64,000 bases of DNA from Camelus ferus (taxonomy: Eukaryota). The position numbers and the translations under genes are program-made. The notes beneath the pieces are model-generated. The model was not told the origin of the DNA, ran no database searches, and saw nothing but the letters and a program-made list of their open reading frames with translations. Numbering within the stretch: the first letter of the stretch is position 1; each line of letters starts with the position of its first letter. The stretch spans positions 61,320,001 through 61,384,000 of the forward strand of contig NC_045697.1 in assembly GCF_009834535.1 (NCBI RefSeq), read 5' to 3'. Below are positions 12,946 to 25,010 of this stretch, piece by piece.

Positions 12946-13994
12946 TAGACTGTTTTGCTATTTAAAGTTATAAGACAACACTTTTTCAAAGATTTTGTAT
13001 TAATATACTATAAAAAGTAACATTAAAATAATAAGTACTACACAGTAGGATATAGAAATAGAAGTATTTTGAACATATCAGAATAGTTATGTTTGTATTA
13101 TTCAATACAAATTAACTAGAATTCAGGGGAGTCTCTGGACCTTACAGATACTAAGTTAATATTTGAAAAACAGTTTTAAACAAATTGATCATAAAGCAGT
13201 CATTTATTAAAGTGTTTGTACTGTATGTATTATTGTTTTGTCTTACATTGAGTTATGAAGTTCTCAAATTTTGGAAAAGTACTTTATGACTTTTCTTCAA
13301 CTTGTGAGCCAGGTTTCAGCCTGGAGCAAATTTCTATGAAGATGATAGAAATAATGACAAGTCATTAAATGTGGCAGATCAAACATTGCCACTACAATGT
13401 AACCCAGAATGTCAAGGCAACAACAGTTTAAGAGACTTGAAAGAAATTCTGAACTTATTCCCCAGAAGCCATTACATTAGTGAAGTTTATCTCAGTCTTG
13501 AAATTCGCATAAGTCATGCACTGAATTGAATTTACTACTCAGGCATCAGCATCAACTTCTGCATATCATCTTGTTCCCCTTCTAAATCACCTTATTCTAC
13601 TCAAAGATAAAAGGCTGCTTTCATTTCTGTAGGGGACAGATTAAACATTAGCAGTCAGAAGCAATTGCTTTTCCCTTCAACATCACCTCTAGCCTTCTTA
13701 CTTAGAACACCCTCTCCAGGGATTTCCTGCTGGCTGAAGAAGAGGCAAATAACATTTGTGCCTCAGCACAGCATCAGTTGATCTCATGCTGTAAAACTGA
13801 GTTCTTTCAAAACAATGTGTGAGGTCTTAGCAGGTGAGAGGTAGTCGTGGCACAGAGCTTTGAGAAGCTCATAAATCTTAATCCAGGTCTCCCAGAAATC
13901 TCTGCATGTTGCTTTGAATAACTCATAGGCTATAAGTATATGCATCATAAAAGACTATTTCAACAGTATCTGTATAGGACATGAGCCCTGTGAC

Positions 13995-14437
13995 TGTTGA
14001 CCGAGACAGTTGACCGAGACAGCCTGAACATTCTCTGCAGCTTAGTCAATCTTCAGACAGGCTTCTTCATGACTACAGGCTCCTAATCTTTCTTTTCTTA
14101 CTTTAGAAAATCTGCAATTGTAAATTATTTGTCTGCCCCTTTGAATAAATATTCTCCCAGAAATGTAGTTCTCATTAAAGTTAGGACTCCATCTCCCAGT
14201 CTCTATGGGAAGCTTAACTTTGACAAGTGCCAATTAGCCAACACAGATGATCTAATCACACTGGCCATACCTCCCCACTAATGTCCTCTAGTACATTTCC
14301 ACTCACTCCAGCGCTTAAAAACTCTTCTGCCTTTTGTTTCAGTGGAGTTGAGTTCAATCTCTCACCTGCACTGCAATAGTCTTAAACAAAGTCTTCCTTG
14401 CTTGTTTAACTCCATCTGGTGCAATTTTTCTTTGATG
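13995..14437 (+). mobile_element. ERV1-class solo LTR (MER67-like)
   Basis: tg start; ttactttagaaaa..tgcaattgtaaat, gcgcttaaaaactc..ccttttgtttcagtggagttgagttcaatctctc, ends gcaatttttctttgatg. Confidence 0.75.
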
Positions 14438-14973
14438 CTGTCCTTCAGAAACTACCCCTCTCTGGCGGTTATCAGGGTGCAAAAGAGACAGGGTATAATT
14501 TTTAGCAAAATACCTTAAACGTTTCTTACATTTCAAAATTAAATTATACATTGGCTAAAGGTTGAGTCATGCTCAATTGAGGTTGTGTGGCTGCCTGTTA
14601 TGAAGTCTGTTTAACTTGAGGGGCTCCAGAATCCCTGTTTTACTATTTGAATCATTTTTTCCGTTGTGATTCTACAAGCCTGCACTCCTTCTCAATTAAA
14701 TAGTATTCCCTATTAGTGTAGGGAATAGTGTAGACTAAAGCCCATTTTGTCTCAGAAGATGTTGTCTTTATCTGTTATTAGATATCTCTGTAATTTTGAT
14801 TACTGCAAGGATTCCTGAGCTGAAGATGAGATAGAAAAACCAAAGGAAATTCCCAATAGGGACCTACAAAAATCCTGAATTCCTTAGGGCTTATGACTGA
14901 AGTATCCCAAGTCCCAAGGTATCCCAAGGTATATTAGAGGAACTCTTAGTACAGATAACTCCAAGTTAATAGT

Positions 14974-15228
14974 GAAAGAAAAGAAAAGAAGAGAAAAGAA
15001 GAGAAAAGAAAAGAAAAGAAAAGAAAAGAAAAGAAAAGAAAAGAAAGGAAGGAAGGAAGGAAGGAAGGAAGAAGAAGAAAGAAAGAAAGAAAGAAGAAAG
15101 AAAGAAAGAACGAAAAGAAAGAAAGAAAGAAATGAAGGGAGGGAGGGAGGAAGGAAGGAAGGAAGGGAGGGAGGAAGGAAGGAAAGAAGGAAGGAAGGAA
15201 GGAAGGAAGGAAGGAAGGAAGGAAGAAA
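14974..15228. repeat. Compound polypurine microsatellite (GAAAA)n/(GGAA)n/(GAAA)n/(GGGA)n
   Basis: About 255 nt of A/G with only two pyrimidines. Confidence 0.98.
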
Positions 15229-16229
15229 CTGATTTCTTCAATTTCTGCTGATTCTGTTTTCTCCATTCTCCATCACAGAACATGAGTCCCTTGAAATTGG
15301 AAAGGGAACTGTAAATGGTAGTGGCTGCTGTCATATTACAGTAAGATCAGAGCTTTATAGTAATCTCCATTATAAGCCTTGTTCAGAATTACCATTTTGG
15401 AACTTGACCAGAAAAGACAAAGTTGTCTTAAAAAAATTCCAGACCAGCATTTGCTTTTGTAAAATCTTTGAACACCAAATGGCAATGGTTATAGTGAAAA
15501 AGTTGTTCTGGTCCTATAATAAAATCTACTGACTATAAGGCTTAAATTTCTAACTAATTAGCTAACATATAATAGGGATATTGATTTTATGTTTTGGGTT
15601 TTTTTTTTTTTTTTTTTTTTTTGCTCTCAATTATCCATTGCTCAGTTTTCATCCTATGTTTTCTATGATGGGCTGTTACTATCTTCCATACAGACACTGT
15701 GTCTTCAGATATGCTATTGTTGATATTTTTAGACTGCCTTTGTGCTTAGTCTGTCCAACTAAATTTTAAAATCTTCAGGTTTATTATTGCTTATATTGTT
15801 ATTCTACCTTTTTATCTCTCATGACATTATCTATTGGCTCCTTGTAATATGGCTGCAAAGTATATAGGTGCTAGAAGGCCACTTATACACAGAGATTTCT
15901 ACAAGGAAACTTGAAATCATTCTTGAGTATTTCTTCTTGTTTTTCATTTAAAAAAAATTACAACTGTGGAGTAGGACCAAGAAAGTCTCCAATTTTAGGT
16001 TTATCACTCACAACCTACTGTATTGTAACTCTACATGAGTTACAACAAGAGTAAATATGTACCTAAAAATATAAAAAAGTGTTATATACATCTCTAGAAA
16101 AAATGATGTGGTAGTTGACTGAAATGACCACCTACAAATACTAATGCTATTAATAATAATAATGATGATAACAATAACAACAACAACAACAAAATTTACA
16201 AAGGCACCTCTTTTGGGTTTCTGATCATC

Positions 16230-17080
16230 AAATTCCAATGTGAGGGTGGATGGGGGTGTCCCCACATCAACAAACAATCCTTGGATACCAGCAGTGTGTC
16301 CTGAGAATTCAACTCAATTCTGTCACTATCTATCAGGAGACAGCATTAGATCCCGTAAGTTAAGGGTTCAGTCTTACAAGGCTGCCCCTCCTCCCACCAC
16401 CTCAGATTCCAGTCACAAGCCCAGGTTGTTACCTGTCCTTCTGACCAATGGCTATTAAGCAGAGGTTCCCACAGCCCCATCGGCGGGTTTGATTATTTTA
16501 CTAAAGCAGCTCACAGAACTCAGAGAAACATTTTACCTACTGTATTACTGTATAATATTTATTATAAAAGAATGATTAAAGATACAGAGAACATCCAGAT
16601 GGAAGAAACACTTAGGGCAAAGAATGAGGAAAGGGTGCAGAGATTCCATGCCCCCTCTGAGTGCACTTTCCCCAAATCTTCATGTGTTCAGCAACCCAGA
16701 AGCTCTCCATATTTCACCCTTTGGGTTTTTATGGAGGTTTGATTACACAGGTATGACTGATCAACTCATTGGCCATTGGCAATTGATCCAACCTCCAGCT
16801 CCTCCTCTCTCAAGAAGGCTGGTATGAAAGTGGAAGAGATGAAGGGTTAAGGGGTGGGAAGGATTAAATATTCCAACCCTCTAATCACTAGGTTGGTTCC
16901 CCTGGCAACCAGCCCCCATCCTTAGGTTATCTAAAGGCTTTCCAAAAATCACTTCATTAACATAAAAAAAATGCTCTCATCACTTAGGAAATTCCAAGGG
17001 TTTGGCGGTTTTAGGAGATCTGTGACAGGAATGGCTGGAAGACCAAATATATATTTCTTATTACAAATCACAATATCATA
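16230..17080 (-). mobile_element. MER21-like solo LTR
   Basis: Reverse complement begins t.tgatattgtgatttgtaataagaaatatatatttggtcttcc and contains gattagagggttgg, caatggccaatga, ctctgagttctgtgagctgc, ggtcagaag. Confidence 0.85.
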
Positions 17081-17609
17081 GCATCTGGAAAACAGCATGT
17101 GATTTGACATCTTTTATACCCTGTGAAATACACTTTACAGTACTAGGCTCAACTGAGCTAAGTTAACGGTAGAAGTTATATAGTCTTTGAGGTTTGCTAT
17201 TCAATGGGAAGACAGAATAAGGGAAAATGTAAATGTGCACATATGTATAAAGAATCAATATTCCTCAATGTTTCAAAAGTTTTTTAAAAAGACATTTTAA
17301 AACCCCATCACTACATCTGGTTTCCAAGAAGCTTACGAAGGAAACAGAATAGACAACTTGTCCTATTTTATGGTGAGAACTTGGGACATTAAGGAAAGTC
17401 AAATGATTTGTTCAAAGTCACATGACTTAGAAATTCTTATTTTCTCCATTCTTTCTGTACTTTATACTTTTTTTAGATCCCAGCCTGACTGTAGTTTTAA
17501 AAATCGAAGGGAATAAAAGATGTTCATGAGTCTCTGGAGGAAATATATTTTTAAAGATATTTAATCATCCACTTAATTGTCTATTAAACATATGTGAATC
17601 ATTCTGGTA

Positions 17610-18530
17610 TTCATTTCACTTGAATTCTCAACAGTTCAGCACAGTTCACCACTTTCCTCCCAGTAACACTGTGCTCTCTGCTGCTCTGAAACTTTCTCCT
17701 GGTTTTCCTCTTGCCTAATTGGTCAGATCATTTACCTACAGCAGGCCTCTACATGTTGCTCTCTCTCAGGTCTCAGCCCTCTTCACTTCCTAGGTAGTCG
17801 CATCTCTGGATATACAATACCATGTGCTGACAACTCCAAAATCTGTATTTCTTGAACAGACTTCTTCCCAGATCTTCTAACCTTTACAAGTTCCGTACAC
17901 TGTTTAAGAGTGAGACAGACTTAATGTAACTCTCACTTTTCCATTTGTGCTAAAGGGGTGTGGGGAAATTAAAAACTTCTCTATATTTCAGTAAATTCAT
18001 TTGCAAAGTGGGGAATATAATAAAACCACCTCAGAACTTCAATTATGTAAACTTTATCAGAGCTCAGACATCTCCACTGGTATATCTCGCAGGCATCTCA
18101 GATTTAATCTAACAAAAATGACTCTTGATTTTCCTCTGCAAATCCTACCCTACTCAGTCTTCTTTAAATTAGAAATTGACAGGGTTTCCTGTTCCTATGT
18201 ATATCTGAGTCACACTTAATTTTGCTCTTTCCCTTACCTCATCCCAGATTCAATCTATTAAAAATATCTACCAATTCTACATTCAAAAATAAATTGCTAA
18301 TCTGTCTCATTTTCTCCATCTCATTGTCAAAACCAGAGACTTGTCATCATGTTCCCTTTCCTGGACTAGTGTAACAGCCACGTAACTGCTCTCCCTGTTG
18401 CTTTTGTTAGTACGTTGCTCTGCTTCCATCCATTACCCACTGAACAGCAAGTCCTTATTAAAAAATAATATCATGCCACTCCCTTGCTTAAAACTTTGCA
18501 GTAGTTTATGATTTCACTAAGAATAAAACA
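17610..18530 (+). mobile_element. LINE-2 fragment interrupted by a MIR (about 17900-18040)
   Basis: ctcctggttttcctc, gctgacaactccaaaatctgtat, gacatctccactgg..atctc.caggcatctca, cctggactagtgtaacagcc, tcatgccactcccttgcttaaaac. Confidence 0.8.
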
Positions 18531-18559
18531 CAGATGACATTCAAAAGTTGTGATAGATA

Positions 18560-19400
18560 CATAAATAAAATAAGTACAGATAGTTATTTATGCTCCAAAA
18601 GAAAAAACAGGATGTGGTGTTGTGTTTAAAACAAGATAACTGGAAGGGTGACTAGAACTGTCAGAGAAGATCTCTCTGAGATAATGACTAAGACTTATAG
18701 GATGCAAAGGAAGTTCCAGTGTAAATCCAGATAAAAAGCATTCAAGGAAGAGAAAATACAAAGTGTAAAGAACGTACACAAAGAGTCTGCTGAATTCCAA
18801 CAATTGTTGGAAGACCTTTGTGACTGCAGTACAATGAATGAAGGAGGGAGTGGCTTGAGATCAGGATGGAGAGACGAGTAAGAGGTAGCTATGGAGGTTC
18901 TTGTAGGCAATGATATGTGGATTTTTCAAGATGGCAGATTTTTTTTAACATTTTTTATTGATTTATAATCATTTTACAATGTTGTGTCAAATTCCAGTGT
19001 AGACAAGATGGCAGATCTTATAGCATGTTTGTATGCTAATGTAACGGAACTAATAGAAAGGGAAAATCAGATAATGTGAGAGAGTGGGGAAATATGAAAG
19101 GGTGACAAGGTGAACTGATAAGGTAAATAGAGCAGGATTCTGGAACAGTTAGAAGTTTGTACTCATAAATAGAACAAACTCAGGCAGCAGGATTTTCTTT
19201 TTTTCTGAAGCTAGAGGAAATAGGTAGCAAGTTGTGTTTACCCCATGACTGAGGTTTTGCCAAGCAAGTGTTACAGAGGAAGAAGAGTTGAGAATGTAAA
19301 CAAAGGAGTGATTACAATAATGGACCATGAAATCTAAGCTGAGTTAGGAGAAGACAAAAGGGGGCAAATGGCTGGTAAAGACGTGACAGAATGAATGCAA
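18560..19400 (-). mobile_element. LINE-2 fragments
   Basis: gtcagagaagatctctctgag, aaagcattcaaggaagag, gcatgtttgtatgctaatg, ggaccatgaaatctaagctg; interrupted by a small L1 tail. Confidence 0.65.
18940..19003 (-). mobile_element. Very short young LINE-1 3' tail with perfect 13-bp TSD
   Basis: Reverse complement tctacactggaatttgacacaacattgtaaaatgattataaatcaataaaaaatgttaaaaaaa; CAAGATGGCAGAT at 18927-18939 and 19004-19016. Confidence 0.9.
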
Positions 19401-19504
19401 TTTTGGGGGGATCCCAAAATTACCACACACTATTCTTCATAGTAAGTATACTGAATTGCCCCAAAATAAGTGGTGTCTTACTGTATATGTCCTACATTCA
19501 AATG

Positions 19505-19620
19505 GTGGCCCCATGATGTCAGGAACGATGTCTGACTTCTTCTTTGTTGTATTTTTAGTACTTAGCACAGTTCCTGGAATGTAGGAGTTGTTGAATAAAT
19601 ATTAGAATAAATGAATGTTT
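19505..19620 (+). mobile_element. LINE-2 3' end
   Basis: cttagcacagttcctggaatgtaggagttgttgaataaatatt..aataaatgaatg. Confidence 0.75.
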
Positions 19621-21445
19621 ATCACATATCAGCTATGTTCCTTATGTGTAATTTTAGGCATCAGGGATAAATTGTGAGTAAGACCAACAAATGGGTAATT
19701 ACCATACAGAAGAACAGGAATTAGGATAGAAGAACATGGCATTATGGGAAAACCAGAGAACTACTTATCAAAGATTGGAGGCACTCAGAGGCAGTAATGC
19801 CTAAGAGGAGATGTGGAGAGTGAGAGGTAGTTAGCCAGGTGCAGAAGCAGCATGGTCACTGAAACTGAGTGAAATTTGCCCAAGATAAAGCTCTAGTTAA
19901 ATTCAGGGAGGATCTGCAGGGAGAAATACAAATAAACTCTTGGTTGGTTGGTTTGGTTTTTGTTTGTTGAAGAAAGTTATAGAGCAACTGGTTAGGACTT
20001 TTTCTATTGATCAGTTACTTCCTTTGTGTTTTGACTTTTATACTCGTTGATACTTTGACACTTTAGGATTCTCACTAAATGGAAGCCCATAGTAAACTGC
20101 CAAAATTCCCCAGGATAGATACCAAGAGATTTTTATTCTGGTATTATCACTTGCTTTCCTTCCAGAGTGAGTCATGTGTTCTTTTCTTCATTCTTACAAG
20201 ACTCTCCAGCCTCTGGTGGTGCTCAGCCTTATACCAGACATTTCACAGGGAAGATCTTTATCTCAAAGGCACATATATGAAAGTGTTCTTTTAATTATTA
20301 TTCTAAGCAGGTAACAAATATTAACTGAACTTTTACAGCTAAGATGGCGAGGAGATGGAGATGAACATATGCTTATTGACGTTGGATATTGGAAAAAAAT
20401 TTGGTATTTCAGGAATTTCTTATTGAAGAGAACTGCCAAACACTTCAGACAACACTAATGAAGAATATATTATATTAAGCTATGTAATATTTCCTAAAAA
20501 CTTTGAAAATAATCTTACGATCCATAATGCAAGCAGTGACTTATTTATAAGTACACATTTGGGAAAATGCTACTGTAAAACTATCAAGCTATCTTGGCTC
20601 CATTTAACAAAATTAAATGAACACTTTTACCCGTCCACATTTTAACTCTACTGTGATCTTAAAAAATTAGCCCCTAAAGCTATTTTAATTTGGTTGATGG
20701 ATGTATATAATGATTTTTATGATACTTTTCTTCCTTTATGAAGCAGAAAGCATCTGTAGTTTCCAAGACCATCACAATCCTTCAAAAAGACTAAGCAAGG
20801 TGCTTTGGAGAGCCAGGGCGGTGGGGAAAACTAGAAGAGTAGAGTTTAAAAATAGATGCTTGAAAATGTATTTGCTTTGGCCATTCAACATTATAATAAT
20901 TGGTATCAGGCACACAGCTGCAATTACCACATAATCATTGTCAAAGTCATGTGTAGGCAGATGGTAGCAATGTTTGGGAGAGGAGATAACACTGAATTTT
21001 TAACAAGTGACAAAAGGATTGGCATGGTGCAAACAGAACACCACTGTATCTGGCCGACAGCCAGGCAGCTCCATGTGTTGTCATGCTGCCATCTCACAGA
21101 AGGCTTCCATGCTAAACAAGACTGGATTCTTTCTCTCAGTAGAAGACACAGACCCTCAGAATGAAAAAAAAAAAAATCAAAAAGTAAGTAAATGATTGCT
21201 CTTTATATTCTAAGGCTTATTTGATTTGAAGGTTTACTACAGTAGCCCAACCTGAGATTCTGCCCACAGTAGGCAGCAGTAACTCTGGCCCGGAGCTATA
21301 CAGCATCCTGGTTAAGAACAATGGCTCTGAGGCCTGGCTCAAATACTGGCCCTCCTAAGTATTAGCTGTGTGGCTTTCATTAAGTTATTTTATTCATCTG
21401 TGCTTCCATTTGAGCACCCAGTGTGAATACTAATAGAACTTACCA

Positions 21446-22435
21446 GTTTTAGGTACAGTCGTCTAGAAGAAGCACTGAGATGATGATTCTCATGCAAGAG
21501 ACTTCTTGAAGGACTGCCCTGAAGAAAGGAAGGGGAGCAGCAGAGAGCTGGGGAAGCAGCTAAGCAAGTGTGTGGGCTCAGCCGGTGTTCTTGCTATCTA
21601 CTGCTGCATACCTCCCCCAAACTAGTGGTGGAAAACAATGATCATTTTATTATCTCATGATTCTGATGGATCAGAAACGTGGACAAAGTAGAGTGAGGTG
21701 AAGTGGCTCAAATGACTGAAGGTGACCGGGACAACACAATTGGAGACATAAGCTTAGGGTCCTCATTTCTTCCCCATGTTGCATCCCCTAGGGTTGAAAT
21801 GCCCAAGATAGCATGTTCACTCACAGGTCTGAGACTTGAGCTGGAATGGCTGGAATACTGTTTCCATCCAGATTCTCTCTGCATGGCTTATGCTCCTCAC
21901 ATGGCCTTCGCAGGATAATATGACCTTTTTCTTTTTGAACATGGTAGCTTACCTTCCACAGAATAAATATTACAAGAGACAAATGTAAAAGCTTTGTAGA
22001 TTTTTATAATCTAACCTCAGAGAGCCACAGGGTCATTTTGCCATATTCTGTTGGTAATTTTCTATTCTATAGGTTATATACTCTATTCAGTTATCTCAAA
22101 TTCCTTACAGGAGAGAACCATATAAACAGATAAGTACCAAGAGATATGGATTTACTGGGGAGCCATCTTGGAGAGTAGATACCAGAGCTGGTGCCTACTT
22201 CAGCTTAAACCTATGGGGGAAGCATGGCGTTGCTTCCACTGTTAGGCAGAAAGCAGCCTTTTGTACCTTTCCATGAGGACTGGGGCTGATCTCTCCAATA
22301 AGACACCTCTGTTGAGAGAGGAGGGTAATTCTCCAGAGATGGGAACATCTCTGAGAAGTCAGCACCCAGCACTCACAGCAACTGGGGTATGAATGCATAG
22401 CCAGGTAAAGGTGAGCAGAGTAAGCCACAGATCTT
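21446..22435 (-). mobile_element. ERVL solo LTR (LTR16/LTR33 group), split by MLT1
   Basis: ctgagatgatgattctcatgcaagag...; resumes at 22187 with ttgtacc, ctccagaga, cagcactcacagcaactgggg. Confidence 0.75.
21586..22186 (-). mobile_element. MaLR solo LTR (MLT1G/H-like)
   Basis: tg..ctatctactgctgcata..ccccaaact.agtgg..aaaacaa; ends ggagccatcttggag...accaga; 5-bp TSD gccgg/gctgg. Confidence 0.8.
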
Positions 22436-22879
22436 GTCTCCTCTGTTACTTCAGAGGGTTAATGTGAAAATCAAATGAACTCATGTATTTTAAAATACTT
22501 AGGACAGCAGCAGACACATGCCACTAAAATGCTCAATGAGAGGTCTCTCTGATTTATATCTCTCAGGTCTGAGTGGTTGCTTCCTCTGGGACACTGTGTC
22601 TCAAAAGGTGGCCTGAGACGACATAACTGTAGATTAATATCTGAATTTACCCAACTAGTAAAAGTTCCTTCTATTGTATACTTGATTGAACTATTTAAAG
22701 ATTGCCACAATTAGAGGCTACTTACTAAGATTCCTTTTAAATTCTGCTACTGATACAGAGCAGTTCCCAAGAAGCATTATGGTATAATTAACCAACTTCA
22801 AATGAAATTATTGCCTCTAATAAACCACCTTAATGTGCACCCTGATTTCAAAGAAATCTGAAGAATATTAATAACTTTT

Positions 22880-23080
22880 TTGTTGAGGCAATGAGGTGCC
22901 AATTACTGCAAGAGTAGCTTGATATATGTTACTGTATCAATTTTCATAGTGCCCTCATGAGATAGATATTATTTTTCTTATCATACAGGGGCACAAGATG
23001 AAAATCAGACAAATTAAATAACTTTTTAATTATGAAGCATGAAGTGGAGTTGAATTTGAACCTGGATCTTTTTAATTTTA
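22880..23080 (-). mobile_element. MIR SINE
   Basis: ccctcatgagatagatattattt...attaaataact...ggagttgaatttgaacctggatct. Confidence 0.65.
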
Positions 23081-24199
23081 AAACTCAGCTTGCCAATCAT
23101 GTTATATAATAATCCATGGTAAATAATCCAGAGTGGTTATATCGAAAGGAATATGTAGCCTTCTTTTTAAACAACTACAGTGTAAGATAATTCCTCTAAT
23201 GCTTCTCCAGAGAAACAAAGGCAGATTTCTGGATCAAAGGAATGGCCAAAGTTTACACTGACTATTCAGAGGAGCACAATAAGTCAAGGAGAAGAATTTT
23301 TAGCTCTTTAATGAGTCTATTGATATAAATAATGACAGTGTAGCTACTGTATTCGGTCCAATGAATTATGGTGCTATCACAGTCAACACAATTTCTATGT
23401 TTTTAACATTTTTAAAAGAGACTGAAAAATTGTCCTTAATACTGTGCTGTATATATGTTAGTTCTACTAAGCCACAGATACATTACCAGCATAAAATAAG
23501 CATTGACTTTTTCAACTCTGCCATTTTTCCAGTCAGTAGAATGTAAAATTCAGGGGGAGAAAAAGGAAATGTGTTCTCTCAAATTAAAAACTGTATTTAG
23601 TTCTATGCTCTCAAAGTTACTAGCTTGATATTTGTGTCTTACAAATTAGAAAATCAATCATTAGCACATTTTAATATATTTAAATTATATTAGTAAGTGG
23701 TGGAAAGTCATGAATAGATATTTAGGGAGGGGAAATTGTGCATATATTCTGTTGGAGAGAGAAGTAATAATCATTGTGCAAGAGAGAATTAATTAATTCT
23801 ACTTAACATTAATGTTAATTCATAGAAGTAATATCAAAATAAATATTTAAGTAAAATTATTTGTATGGGTACCTATATGAGACAGTCCAAAAGCAAGCAC
23901 CTTAAACACAGCCAGAGCAGAAAGAACAAACCGGCAAAAGAACTCAAGATGAAGTTGAGATGAGGTCAGATCATGAAGCACTGTATTAAGCATGTTGAAA
24001 GCTTGTGTTTTAAGCATTCTCTGTTTGAAGAAGAATGACAATCTCTTGAGGCTGAACCTTTTCACACAATCGCCTCAAAATAATATGATCAGCAGAAACC
24101 TCAAAGAAAACCACACATGACCATTGTCTTCAGCATCATTAGAAGATGAAAAATTCTATAAACATCAAGCCATGTAAACACAGATAAATAAACTCCAAA

Positions 24200-25010
24200 T
24201 CCTGACAGAGCTAATGCAGAACATGCATCATGACTACAAGCTTGTGTGCATGGAAAGCAGACAAAGAAGGATTTAAGAGACTGAAAAAAGGAGGAGAGCA
24301 GAGTGGAGACCTTAGATGTAACACAGGAAAAACCACCCCCAGAGAGAAAAAGTTCCAAGGCTAAATAAATGCTAGACTACTGGACACAGATCTCAGCCCC
24401 AATCATTCACAGCAGCACCTGCAGGAAAAGGGTTTTAGAGAAAATGACAATAAAAATTGCAGACTTAGAGAATCAGCCTCTAGGGGAGAATGAATTATGT
24501 ACAAGAGTGATAGTGACTCTTGGAGTCTGGAGGTGAAGGGAAAGAAAGAAGGAAGAGGAAAAAATTAACACGCCGACATGAAAGACAAAAACTATACCAC
24601 CACCAATATCAGCCTTTGAAGAAACTGCATTCCATCATACAATAACAGAGGGTGCTCTTCAGTCAGGATCCTTGTCTATGAAATACTTAAGAACAGACAA
24701 AAAAAAAAAAAAAAAAAAAGACAAATTATATTTAAATGATAAGGAGACACTTCCAGGAACCATTAAGTAAAGTTTAAAGTTTACATATAGTATGCTACAA
24801 TTTATGTAAGGAAGAATATAGCTGTTTAGTTTTATGAAAGAAAGACAGGAAATATAAACCAACATGCAATGAAATTCGGTAACCTTTAGGGAGAGAAGTG
24901 GGTGGGAAATGGCATGAAAGCGAGAGGTGATGGTGACACTTCTCTGAGGATCACCTTTGTATAATTTTTTTTTTGAACCATGTTAGAATTCTATACATTT
25001 AAAAAATCAG
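24200..25010 (+). mobile_element. Old L1/HAL1-like fragments, including a 3' UTR (about 24780-25010)
   Basis: tatagtatgctacaatttatgtaa...acacttctctgag..tcacctttgtataattttt..ttgaaccatgtta; upstream part less certain. Confidence 0.55.

Larger units (their letters stand above)
21300..22540 (+). mobile_element. MIR split by nested LTRs (parts about 21300-21445 and 22445-22540)
   Basis: 5' part ggttaagaac..tggctctga..ctggctcaaatactggc..tagctgtgtgg; 3' part cagagggtt.atgtgaaaatcaaatga..gctcaat. Confidence 0.75.

Noticed and set aside
13308..13529. Stop-free frame of about 70 codons (QPGANFYEDDRNNDKSLNVADQ...)
   Set aside because: No ATG, no convincing splice pair and no recognisable homology; length attainable by chance
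14946..15334. ORFs of 86-122 aa rich in K/E/R or F/L/S/P
   Set aside because: Translations of the polypurine microsatellite, which lacks stop codons
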